Shown: positions 12,324-24,271 of the stretch, piece after piece
Layout of the letters: the number at the start of each line of letters is the position of its first letter
Position numbering within the stretch: position 1 is the stretch's first letter
NCBI RefSeq assembly: GCF_001194135.2
Contig: NC_068981.1
Coordinates: 91,598,440 to 91,643,227 of the forward strand
DNA length: 44,788 nucleotides
Direction of reading: 5' to 3'
From: Octopus bimaculoides
Lineage: Eukaryota
Made by a program: the position numbers and the translations under genes
Notes under the pieces: generated by a model
Database searches by the model: none
What the model saw: only the letters and a program-made list of their open reading frames with translations
Told to the model about the DNA's origin: nothing

Positions 12324-14168
12324 CCAAGTACGTTATGCAAAGAAACAAATTATCTGTAAATTCCGCCTAAATGGCACCTGTTACCACGGGGAAAAGGGAG
12401 CAAACTGCAAATTTGCCCATCCCCAAACACCACCAGCTAAACAAGCTAGATGACCACCCACAACAAAAAAAAGCAGAAGTGCAGAAAAGGGAGACCACAA
12501 AGCGAGTACCTGCATACCCATAATCCACCAAGTACCAACAAGGCTCACAAGGAAAAAAGACCACATATTCTTTCTGCTCCCAATAAAAGGCTATATGCAG
12601 AGGCTGTGCGAACTGCAGCAGCTGAACAGCAAGCTTTTTTAAGCATGGCCGAGAAAATAGTGCATCAACTAACATGGATACAGAGGGTACAGAGTCAGCA
12701 CCATACAAACCACTATCCAACACAACCACAGACGATGGATTCAGGATGGCCACCACTAACACCAGGGACCCCTGCACAAATATCACACCCATATTCCTAC
12801 TGAATATCCGGAGCCTATTACGAACAGGCGGTAGAGACATGTTTCTATACCTAAAAGACCTAGTTTTAAGAAATCAAACAATATACATGGTGCTTACCGA
12901 AACGAATATAACATCTAATACAGCAGATGCGAAGATAAACATACCTTGGCATAACTGGTAAATTAGGAGAGTGGCTGCATGACTTCCTGAATGGTAGAAG
13001 TCAGGTAGTTGCAGCCAATGGAGAATTATCTAGGGAAACGCAAATATTGAGCGGTGTTCCACAAGGAACTGTCCTTAGGCCACTACTGTTCATAGTGGCC
13101 CTTCTGGACATGCTCACGGTCACTCGGACAGTCATTGTCACTAGTTACGCTGATGACACAAAACTAAAGAATTCTGATGGTGTCATAAGCCTGAAGAATG
13201 ATCTAAATGTAATATACAAGTGGCCAGAGCAAAATAATATGCGGTTCAATGCTAAAAAAATTTCAAGTACTGCGCTACAAGGCCACAGGTGCTTCCCAAC
13301 TAGCCTACACAGGACCTGGAGGTACTGCAATCCCAGAACCACAAACAGTAAGAGACCTGGGCATCAACATGTGTAGTGATGCATCATTTCACATGCCCAT
13401 TGTCAAGTTGACAGTAAAGTGCAGACAACTAGCAGGGTAGATAGTGAGGACATTCAGAACAAGGGTTCAAAAAGTCATGTTAACTCTATGGAAGGCATTT
13501 GTTTTGAGCTGCCTAGAGTATTCCTTTCAGTTGTGGTCACCACACAGTGTCAAGCGGAAAGCAGAGCTCGAGGCAATTCAGTGTCACTATACAAAAAAGA
13601 TCGCCACAGTCCAGCAGATGAACTACAGGGAGCGACTGAAGGTACTAAGTGTCTACTCCCTGGAGCGCAGGTGGGAGAGATATGTAGTAATTTACATAAG
13701 GAAAATACTGGAAGGACTGGTACCAAACTTTGGCATCAAGTACTACACTAGTGCCCGCACACGTCGCCACTGCATAGTACCAAGGGTACCGTCCACTGCA
13801 TCTCACGTAAGAACAAGATACAGCAAGACCCTCCGTTTCAGAGAACCTCAGCTCTTTAATGCCCTGCCAAAACGATTGAGAGACCTGCAAGACATGGATA
13901 TAGAGGTTTCAAAACAATACTCGAGACTTTCCTCTCCACGATACCAGACGAACCAATGGCTCGAAATGAGACACAGTTGAGGGCAGCGATGTCAAATTCT
14001 CTTGTACACCGGATGTGCCATCAACACTCTTGATTGGACCATATCAGGTGGGGGAGAAGAGTCATGCAAGGAACGTGAAGAGAGCAAAGCATAAGGACGG
14101 AAAGTCATGGCGGTGGTGCTCCAGCACGACCGCAGCCACTTGGCTGAAAAGCATAAATAAATAAATAA

Positions 14169-14170
<2 letters not shown>
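12324..14170 (+). mobile_element. CR1/L2-group LINE, internally deleted and frameshifted
   Basis: ORF1 relic with CCCH finger (12355-12420). APE endonuclease start (IFLLNIRSL..LTETN). RT second half LGITGKLGEWLHDFLNGRSQ..SGVPQGTVLRPLLF..YADDTKL (YADD 13146-13157). C-terminal WSPH, LEAIQ, YRERLKVLSVYSLERR. The 3' UTR ends in (ATAA)n; the 5' end runs into a gap. Confidence 0.92.
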
Positions 14171-14200
<30 letters not shown>

Positions 14201-14654
14201 ATAATATATATATATATGTATAATGTATGTATATGCACATGTATATGTATATATATATATATATATGCATGTGTGTGTTGTGTCAATGTGCGTTCGAGCG
14301 AGCGTATGCATGTGCGTGCGCGCGAGTTTGTGTGTGTGTGTGTGTGTTTCGGCCAGAATTGTCCCAGGTCGTGTCTAACTTAATGGCATCACCTGGAAAT
14401 GAATTTAATCATGTTATGTATATTATAATCATTCTCTGGCTGACATAGCCCGTTCCAGCAATGCGTTATTGTTTGCAGAGATATCCTGGTGTAGGGTTTT
14501 TTTTGTAATCTGGAGAGGTATTTAAGATTTTCAGCCGGGAACTATGTGGGTGTAATGAGATCTTTCTATTTTCTCATATGTCTTGACATGATATTAAGGA
14601 GCACAAGACCAGTTGTGGTGAAATAATTTTATTAAAATATTGTGATGTGACAAA

Positions 14655-14872
14655 GGCGGCGTTCTGGCAGAAACATTAGCACGCCGGGCGAAATGCCCAG
14701 CGGCATTTCGACTTTCTTAACGTTTACGCTCTGAGTTCCGATTCCGCGGAGGTCGACTTTGCCTTTCATCTTTTTGGAGTCGATAAATTAAGTACCAGTT
14801 GCGTACTGGGATCGATATAATCGTCTGCTCCTCGCCGCCAGAAATTTCGGGCCTTGTGCCGAGATCATAAAA
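14655..14872 (+). mobile_element. SINE family A (tRNA-like head), tail type A2
   Basis: Head ggcggcgttctggcagaaacattagcacgccgggcgaaatg, B-box-like gagttccgattcc, body ggtcgactttgcctttcatc, tail gggccttgtgcc; at least 8 related copies in the window. Confidence 0.9.
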
Positions 14873-16454
14873 TGATGCATTGCTCATCTGAGTGACATTG
14901 GATGGAGTGAAGTTTGCGTCTCTCGAGTCGGTCCTAGTAATCAAGACATGGTATGCGTGCATACCATATTTTCTTTTTGTGATTAATCTCGGGTGCTTCA
15001 ATCCTATAATGTCTGTTTCATGTGGGGTGACTACGGTGGACAGCAGTACTCAAGGTGAGTACAGGAGAAGAGAAGGATAATGTTAGGGGCGTTTCTAAAC
15101 AGGCTACCCACTTGGTAGTAAACTGTGAATCAAATTGTCATAATTTGTTTATCTTCGTTTAAGTTTTAAGTAGACTGCCAGATTTTATTGCCATATATAT
15201 GATGACATGTAACATACACATTAATGTGTTTCATTCTCTCCTCTCAAACACACATTACTCACTTTATTTCAGGCAGGTGATTCGTACCCTGTTTTCCAAT
15301 GATAAGTTTGACACTGAAAGTGCATCTTCTGTATTTGTAAATTCCATAGACGTTTCCTTTCTCGTGTTTTTGTCTTATAACATGTGTTTGAAGATGGCAG
15401 CTGATATCCACTATAGCGTATTTTCTTTCCTGATCCATGTGTATGCATGTATATGAGAATGTGTGGTTGGATGTATGTGTGTCTATGTATGATAGTGCGA
15501 AAAGGATCTAAAAGAATCTCAATGAAATATGCCAGTAGCATGGACTTTGATTAACAGTTCCACACGACCGTTATCGCATGTCACGCACGATTAAATCATA
15601 ACTTTTTCAGAATGTATTTGCTTCAGAGAGTAAGAGAGGATTGGCTACCACAACCTTAGCGCGATTTGTTTGGTGATTCTGGATGAAAAGAGAAACTTCC
15701 AAAACAGAATATTTTAATAAACTATCATTCTGCCAGAAAAAAGACCATTGATTTTCCTTTGGAGCGAGGAACACTTATGAGCGGCCTCATAATCTTTCTT
15801 AGAAATATTGCAAATTTTTAATATTTATACTCGTGAATAGGTATGTTTAACCTTTACATTATATACGTAATCTGTACACACCTAATTTCCTACACATGCA
15901 CATTACATATATTCACAGAAACTAAATATATACCGTTGTCTCCATTGAGATTTTATTTTCAATCTTTAACATTTACTTTTCTTTCTGTCGCTCAATATAG
16001 TAGATTTTTAAGTTGGTACTACATATAAAACTGAAATTGAAAAGCTAAACGACACTGCATGAAGCCAGAAGGAAAGTTGCTTAATTGAAAATAATAGCTT
16101 AACTTACAATAATGAGTGATGATGTAGCTCCAATTACCAAGAAAACTAATTACATGATTTGGAATAGATTTTTATTTTCCACCGCAGCCATCAAAATTAA
16201 TTAAATCATTAGGCTAGCATTATTGAAAAGTATACAATTCTTATTTTAAAATAATAACTTATTAGCAAACGTAAACGCGAACGCTAATATTTATTTGGGT
16301 TTCTTTTTATATCTCTAATATAAAAAAATATAAGAATAGAGATGTATATTTGTGCCACATTATCCTGTCTCCTTGGCTGTGAATATATGTAATGTGTATG
16401 TGTAGGAAATTAGGTGTGTACAGATTATGTATATGATGTAAAAATTAAACATAC

Positions 16455-16770
16455 CTAGTCACCAGTATAAATAATTATAGGAGGGTTGCGGGACAGAATC
16501 CTGAAGCACGCTCCCTCTCGTGTTCTATCAGAAGCAACCATCTCCAGTTGATCTAACTGAATACCCAACAGAGACCTACCGAGCTCGTGGATGTTATCCA
16601 AAGATTTTGCTCGTGGCATACTCCTGGTTCTCATAGCCGTTGGTTTTGCTTGCCTAGCGATTCTTTCCTCGTACACTCTTACCATATGTACTACTGGAGC
16701 TGTGCTCTCTCAGTTCGCAGAAGTATCGAGTCTACCTGAAGCGCCTTCCTGATCTCCGCGCCATGCACTC
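16455..16770 (-). mobile_element. RTE-clade (Rex3/Expander-like) LINE, 3' fragment
   Basis: Minus strand EIRKALQVDSILLRTERAQLQ*Y, then MVRVYEERIARQAKPT..PRAKSLDNIHELGRSLLGIQLDQLEMVASDR; matches the RTE C-terminus LLLRIERSQLRWFGH..LGIPxxELxxVAxDR. Confidence 0.8.
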
Positions 16771-16919
16771 TACGTTAACGTTTATCAATCGAATAGCTTT
16801 CACACCATATTTGTTGCACGACAAAATCTAAACAAGGTCAAAACATCCCAATATGTATTTCAAATTGTAAGTTGCTAGAATAGTCAATACATAATTGCGA
16901 AGGGATGTAATTTTTAGCT

Positions 16920-17143
16920 AACATATAATTACATGGAAAAATGAGAGCAAGAGAAATGTCATTCTTAAGATTTCAAACCTAGAAAAGTACAAGACAAGTT
17001 ATTACACTTGGAAAAGTCCAGGAAAAGTTAATACATCTAGTAAAGTACCAGTTCTAATAAGTTGTCCTGAACTTTTCCTAGTGTAATAATCTGTCCTGTA
17101 CTTCTCCAGGTTTTCCTCGAATTTTCCATGTAATCTATATGTT
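16920..17143. repeat. Fold-back / MITE-like inverted repeat
   Basis: Inner arms 16975-17023 and 17065-17113 are 42/49 complementary; outer arms 16920-16940 and 17121-17143 (aacatata[g]attacatggaaaa). Confidence 0.85.
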
Positions 17144-19009
17144 TTACAAACTATGCTATTATGCTAATTAATAATGTGTCACACGTGTCAATCAGCTGTG
17201 TCGTTGATAATTTTTTTCCTTACCTCAATGATGCCGGTGACATATATTAAAAGTCTCCTTATAGAACTATATTCAGAAAAAATGTATAGAACTATATTAT
17301 CACCCTCAAATTTGAGAAACAAACACTTATAACTTTTTGCTTTTAGAACTTCATTGTATCAGATTGATACCATGAAATTCCTCGAATTGAGCTCTAGCAT
17401 TTAAGCTTAATTAAAATATAGTTTGCTTTTAAAATAAAAAAAAGTTAATTATACTTAAATCCAATTTTTTGTCTTACTAATATTTTTTTCATGATATTTT
17501 ACCTCACACCTTTTTTGATACAAATGTTTGTTGCATGTAACCAAAACTATGAGATTCCTCATGTTTTCTTCTATCGCTGAAGCTAGGATAAATATATTTT
17601 GCTTTTAAAATAAAAAAGTTATTTCGATCTAAACCTGATTGGTGGCGTTACTCTCCTATAACGTTGCTACAAATTTTGATGAAAACTTTTTTCTACTGGA
17701 TCAAATATCCAGTTTTTAATGTTCAAATTTAGCTGTGTACCGGTCCTATTAAAAAATATAAACAGTTTTCAACATGGTTCAGAACTGAATTAGCGACAAA
17801 CTCTGAAAGAAGCTGCGTGTAAGTAAATTGCAGCCTTAAGAATATTATTCAACTACGACCGTAGTGGAATGATCAGCTGCTACCTTAATTCAATGATACC
17901 ACCACATCAAAAGTTTAAAATTGTAAGATTATACCTTGTGGCAATTTAGGAATTACATGTTAATTTTCTAACATTCACTACTATTCGCTTTATTTATATT
18001 TATAAAACGTGTGCGTGCTTGTTTGTGTTTGTGCGTGTATGCGAGTGTGTGCGTGTACCTGTGTGTGTGTGCGTGTAGGTGTGTGTGTTTGAGTGTGTTT
18101 GTGTGTTTGCAACATGATTGTTATATATTTGCATTTCACATATGCGAAATTGAATATATTTCGTTTCCCTTTCAGTTTTAGATTTCCTCATTTTCAATGT
18201 TATGCTCCTTTTAATCCATAAACAAAAATATATATTAAAAGCAAATCTGCATTGATAGCAACTTCATACATCTATGAGCTCTGATTTGCTTGTAAAAGTG
18301 ACTATAGCCATGAACGTTTTTTTTTCTTTTAAAACAAGTCTATTTGAATAAGAAGATTGAGAACGGTGTTAAAAATTACTATAAAAACCTAAGTTGATGG
18401 GGAAATACTAATTTTGAATTTTAAAGGTTTTACCATAAATTTAAGATTAAAGTTATTTATAAGGGATATACGGTACATAAAATTGTTTATCACATAATCT
18501 ATTTGTTGCATTATAATAAAGGATTTCTCTCTTGTAATGAAATTAAGATGTACCAACCTATCAAATTTTGTATTTAATAAATGAAAAAATGTATTGTAAA
18601 TAAATAAACGCCAGATAAAAATTATAACATCTACTGAGTGTACAACCGGATGGGGGACAGACACAGAAGGTTCCTCATTCTTCATCAGTTGTCAACCAGA
18701 TTGTATTACTCAGTTTGGCTCCTAAATATCAGCTGAAATCTACAAATCAATGAAATACTCTATAATACAATACTTTCCATTCTTACATTGAAGAGATCAC
18801 GGATGTTGTACACTGTATCTATGCCTGATTTGGAATCTTACGTAGATACAGCGCAAGTTTTGCAATAAACAACCCACATGTACAATGTTTGGCTTAGTTT
18901 AATATATTAATGTATAAACTACTGGGCTTTTATTGAAACTATTCTTTATGAAACTCTGAATGTTTCCTAGTGAAGGAGATGTTTGGTTTGTAAGGGTGAA
19001 AGTGATACT

Positions 19010-19299
19010 CTTTTACTCTGTTACCCTTTTACATGTTTCAGTCATTTGACTGTAGCCATGCTGGAGTATAGCCTTTATTCGAACAAATCGATCCAGGACT
19101 TCTTTGTAATCCTAGTACTTGTTCAATCGGTCTCTTTGCCGAACAATTAAGTTTCGCAGACATAAAGACACCAGCATCGGTTGTCAAGCGATAGTGAGGG
19201 TGCAGACACAGACACAAAGACACACACACATAAATATACATGCACACACACACACGCACACACACACACACGCACACGCACACGTACACACACACACGC

Positions 19300-19337
<38 letters not shown>
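19010..19337 (-). mobile_element. SINE family B, 3' half (5' part absent or lost in gap)
   Basis: gtttcagtcatttgactgtagccatgctggag tail and catcggttgtcaagcgatagtgaggg body match 34376-34620; the internal CA microsatellite is expanded up to the gap. Confidence 0.88.
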
Positions 19338-20259
19338 NNNNNNNNNNNNNNNNNNNNNNNNNNNNNNNNNNNNNNNNNNNNNNNNNNNNNNNNNNNNNNN
19401 NNNNNNNNNNNNNNNNNNNNNNNNNNNNNNNNNNNNNNNNNNNNNNNNNNNNNNNNNNNNNNNNNNNNNNNNNNNNNNNNNNNNNNNNNNNNNNNNNNNN
19501 NNNNNNNNNNNNNNNNNNNNNNNNNNNNNNNNNNNNNNNNNNNNNNNNNNNNNNNNNNNNNNNNNNNNNNNNNNNNNNNNNNNNNNNNNNNNNNNNNNNN
19601 NNNNNNNNNNNNNNNNNNNNNNNNNNNNNNNNNNNNNNNNNNNNNNNNNNNNNNNNNNNNNNNNNNNNNNNNNNNNNNNNNNNNNNNNNNNNNNNNNNNN
19701 NNNNNNNNNNNNNNNNNNNNNNNNNNNNNNNNNNNNNNNNNNNNNNNNNNNNNNNNNNNNNNNNNNNNNNNNNNNNNNNNNNNNNNNNNNNNNNNNNNNN
19801 NNNNNNNNNNNNNNNNNNNNNNNNNNNNNNNNNNNNNNNNNNNNNNNNNNNNNNNNNNNNNNNNNNNNNNNNNNNNNNNNATATATATATATATATATAT
19901 ACATTGAATGGAAGATGAAAAAGACAATGGATCAGTGTGAGTATTCCTTGCACTTGAGAAACAAATTGAAGATATTTGTTTGTAAAAGAAATACTGCTTT
20001 CGGCAAAGATCACAGAATAGGTGTTTTCCCTCATAGGAAGTTGATGTGCTCGTTTAATTCCAATGCAGTTACGCATCATAATTTAGGCAGAATATCAGAG
20101 AATTTCAGTATAAAACTTGAAGATATCACATCTCTATTTGTTCCTTAGTTTTGTTTCTTTCTCCCATTTCTTCTACTCCTCTTTCACCACCCCCGCCATC
20201 ACCACCAAACTACCATAACACAATCACCATAACCAGTACCACTACCTATTCTTCCACTT

Positions 20260-20405
20260 TGTTGTTGTTGTTGTTGTTGTTGTTGTTCTTCTTATTCTTC
20301 TTCTTCTTCTTCTTCTTCTTCTTCTTCTTCTTCTTCTTCTTTTTCTTCTTTTTCTTCTTCTTCTTCTTCTTCTTCTTCTTCTTCTTTTCCTTCTTCTTTT
20401 CCTTC
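20260..20405. repeat. Compound (TTG)n-(TTC)n microsatellite
   Basis: Directly visible. Confidence 0.98.
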
Positions 20406-20879
20406 TTATTCATATTACCATCCCTACTAATACATTACGCCTTTTTAGCGTGGATGTGTATCTATGAATGCGATGATGAAGTTTAGTATGGTTGCATAAA
20501 ACGATCATACAAATATATCTGATGTACTATTAAATCATTAATCGCACGAAATTCAAACTTTAATGCAGCGTTTGTGAATTTTGTTTGATAATTAACTGTA
20601 CAACATATGATTATTAATGGTAATGACTCTCTCCAAAAATCTGCAAAGAGCAAACGGAATGTTATTAACGTTATGAATTACTATTCACCTGGAAAGATAT
20701 TTCAAATATCGCTACTTCGTCGACAACTATTGCAAAAAAACAGATGCGAATTATTTAGGTCATAATAACATTTTTATACAGTAACGTTTGTTGAAAAAAG
20801 ATTGTGTTTAGATATAGAGAAAGGGAAAATTACTGCAAAACAAATAAGATTATTATTAATAATATTATTATTATTATTG

Positions 20880-21224
20880 TTCAGTAGTTTTATTTTTATA
20901 ACGTGCTTTCACTTCACTACCGAGCGCAGCTCTGTGCGCCTTGGGTATGTGCTGTGGTTTGCTGTGGTGCTCTTATGTTTACTGTATTGAAAGTGTTTTG
21001 CGTAGAATGTGTGCAGTACCCAGTAGTGCAATTTTCTGTATGTTATATATATTTGTAAGTCCTGGTATTTTTGTTATGTATTTGTCTGAATATTTTTTTT
21101 TTATACCTAAGGCACCTACTATGATAGGAATTGTTTCTGTTTTTAGATTCCACATTCGAGTTATCTCTATTTCCAGGTCTTTGTATTTTGAAAGTTTTTC
21201 CATTTCTTTTAGAGAAACGTTGTC
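20880..21224 (-). mobile_element. R4/Dong-type LINE, 5'-truncated 3' end (restriction-like endonuclease C-terminus plus 3' UTR)
   Basis: Uninterrupted frame DNVSLKEMEKLSKYKDLEIEITRMWNLKTETIPIIVGALG..IQKIALLGTAHILRKTLSIQ* (21224 to 20979), typical of the R4/Dong/Rex6 RLE C-terminus; TAA repeats on both sides. Confidence 0.8.
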
Positions 21225-21268
21225 TATTATTATTATTATTATCATCATCATTGTTGTTGTTGTTTTAC

Positions 21269-21326
<58 letters not shown>
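21225..21326. repeat. (TTA)n microsatellite with TCA/TTG variants
   Basis: Directly visible. Confidence 0.98.
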
Positions 21327-21327
<1 letters not shown>

Positions 21328-21328
<1 letters not shown>

Positions 21329-21550
21329 AGCTACGATCTGGCAGAATCGTTAGCACGCTGAGTGAAATGCTTAGCGGCATTTCGTTCGTCCTTACGTTCT
21401 GACTTCAAATTCTGCCGAGGCCGATTTTGTTTTTCATCCTTTCGGGGTCGATGAAATAAGTACCAGTTATGCACTGCAGTCGAGGTAATCGACTAGCCCT
21501 GTCCCCACCCCCAATTTTCAGGCTTTGTGCCTACAGTAGAAAGGATCTTA
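21328..21550 (+). mobile_element. SINE family A, tail type A2
   Basis: ctggcagaatcgttagcacgctgagtgaaatgcttagcggcatttcg..gacttcaaattctgccgagg..ggctttgtgcctacagtagaaaggat. Confidence 0.9.
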
Positions 21551-21644
21551 TAATAGTAATAGAGGAGAAAGAAAACGGAGACAGAAAAAGAGGATAATGC
21601 GAAGAGTGAGACAGAAAGAGAGAGAAAGAAAATGACGGAGAGAC

Positions 21645-21750
21645 AGAGAAGGAGAGAGAGAGAGAAGGAGAGAGAGAGAGAGAGAGAGAAGGAGAGAGAG
21701 AGAGAAGGAGAGAGAGAGAGAAGGAGAGAGAGAGAGAGAGAGAAGAGAGA
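21645..21750. repeat. Polypurine AAG(GA)n minisatellite
   Basis: Repeated aaggagagagag units with variable GA count. Confidence 0.95.
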
Positions 21751-22696
21751 AATGTCCTTAATGTGAGGTAATATTTATTAAGTTGTTAAAAGGTTAATAG
21801 AAAGTAGGGGAAGAGAGTTAAAAATATAATTTTAGCAGAGGGTTGATAGTCTGATGGTGAGGGTTAGGGTTAGGGTTAAAGAAAGGAGATAGGAAGGTGA
21901 GAGAGAGAGGGAGAGTAACGGAAGGAGACAGGGGCGAAAGCGAGCATGATGGTGATGGTAGTGGTGGTGCAGATGGCGGTTGTGGTGATAGAGGTGGTGG
22001 TGGTGGTGATTGGATAGTTAATAGTGTATTCTTTAAAGAATTTAACTAAGTTTTTTTTATATCATTTATCACTTAACGCATGTGCATAAGTGCAATTTTG
22101 TGAAATATTCACGTTTATTTACCTGGTAAATATATGCAATTTAACTAAAGTTTGTATCATATGCACAGGATTTTTTATGTTTTGTTTATGGGGAAAATGG
22201 AAAAATTAAGGATGAATATTTATTGTATGAGTGCCGTGTATTAAGTCTATAAAATGGTGTACAAAGTATGTAATGTGTATATATAAAGTGCATTAAATAA
22301 TCATCGTATTCCAATTTCTTTCACTTTTCAATGAGCGACTATCTTTCCATACAGACGCAACACAGACTACGCTTTCAGGTCTTTTGGATAAAAATTTCAG
22401 AAATAACCCAATAGGTTTACCATTAATTCCGTGAAATATTCACGGGCCCCGTAGTAGATTTATAAATCGCACAACAAAACTTTACTGAAAAATTTCATCA
22501 TGTGCCCCACACCACTTGTATCTCTGCAAATTTCAGATCTAACTTTTGAAGTATTTCAGGTGTTATCTTCTGCACTGTTAATTGAATGTGCTCTTTAAGT
22601 TCAACTAAACTATTGCTCTATCTTGGGGGTGGAAGTAGAGAACATGGTTACAGCCAAATTGAAAAGCATAAAGAAAAAAAAAAGAACATTATTATT

Positions 22697-22870
22697 AAGG
22701 TGCTGAACTGGCCGAAACGTTAGCACGCCAGCCAAAATTCTTAGTGGCATTTTGTATGTCATTACGGCCTGAGTTGAAATTCCCCCGATGTCGACTTTAC
22801 CTTTCACCATTTTTGGCTCGATTAAATAAGTACCAGTTACGCATTGGGGTAGATATAATCGACTAGTCCC
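22697..22870 (+). mobile_element. SINE family A, diverged
   Basis: aaggtgctgaactggccgaaacgttagcacgcc..gagttgaaattccc..gtcgactttacctttca..aataagtaccagttacgcattgggg. Confidence 0.88.
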
Positions 22871-23507
22871 ACACTGGGCACTTTTACTTCTAATATTTCA
22901 ATATCCTTTCTAAACATTCTTACTGCTTGAATTAGAGAATTCAGTTTTTCATACTTTTTGTATATAGTTTGACGTAATCCTTAGAAAGCGACCAACTTAT
23001 TTTTCCTTGGTTTTGATAAAGTCATGGGCGACTTGGTTGTTCTAAGTTTACTTTTCAGATGGTCACCAGAAAGACAAAGAGTAACGCAGAAAGCGATTCT
23101 CAGTGAAATAACTACAGGGTATTTTCATTTTTCCCAACATATTTGCACGTTTCCAAGTGCCAGTAGTGTAGAACATTGTCTTAAGCTTCCTTGTAGTCTA
23201 AAAAGCAACAGCTAAATTATTCTTTCTTACCCGTGCCTCATTTAGTATCCCATTATCAATAAATCGCTCGACGGCTTTCTGCATTCCTTTCGATCCTCTG
23301 GCAATAAACTATTCTTTTCCAGAAAGGTATATACTTCATTTACTTTCATGATAGTTGATAGTTTCCAGAGTAATGGTAAGCATATAACGGGTTTATATTC
23401 CTGAATTTTTTCCTATCTTTATTCTTCTTTCTCAGTATTCTCCTGTATTTTCTTATACACAAAGCCAGGATATTTTCAGCACCAACACACACACACACAC
23501 GCGCGCG

Positions 23508-23586
<79 letters not shown>

Positions 23587-24271
23587 GTATATATTGGAGA
23601 TGCGCCATACTTCGATTTATGCCTGCTACGTATGATTGATAACTGTAATAAGTGATATTGGCGACGACACATTACATTAACAATAAATAATATATTGATT
23701 TGGAGATTAATAAGTATAAGCGAAAACTATAACTTGGTATTTCTAAAGTTCAAACCTGTCTTTTTGTGAAAAATTATACACTGAAATAAAGTATTCGGAT
23801 AATTTATTCTTGCACAAAAGCATTTGTCTCAAATGAGTAGCGAAATATTTCAGGGTGCTGCCTCTTTACGATAACAGACACAAACAGGCAACCTCCATAT
23901 ATATGTATGTAAGTATATATGTATGTATATACATACATACATAGATACATACTTATGTATATGCTGTTCATTTATAAATATAGATACTCTCCGATAACTC
24001 ATACGTGCTATCAAACTCCCGCTTAAGAAGTCAAGTACACTAATATACATATAAGACAAGATACACACATACAATGTACAAAATGTGATAGATGCGATTA
24101 TGAAAAGAAGGTGAGAGGCTAACACAGGAACGAAATGTAAAGTGCAACTTTAGCCACAATGGAGTGCAGGCAATTAGAAGAGATAAAGCGAAAAAAGAAG
24201 AATCAAAGTAGTGTAAATAATAATAATAATAAAAAAAAAAAATAATATAGAAAACTCTCGGCAGTACGGGA

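Noticed and set aside
14890-15080. Strong donor caag|gtgagt at 15054/15055 with ORF 14892-15080
   Set aside because: No convincing acceptor and no recognisable protein; such signals arise by chance.
21861-21878. GGGTTAGGGTTAGGGTTA interstitial telomere-like repeat
   Set aside because: Only three units within a G-rich low-complexity tract; too short to infer telomeric origin or function.
23059-23118. 60-nt candidate symmetric exon (tttacttttcag|..acagg|gtattt; WSPERQRVTQKAILSEITT)
   Set aside because: Weak donor, no homology recognised, and too short to support without RNA data.
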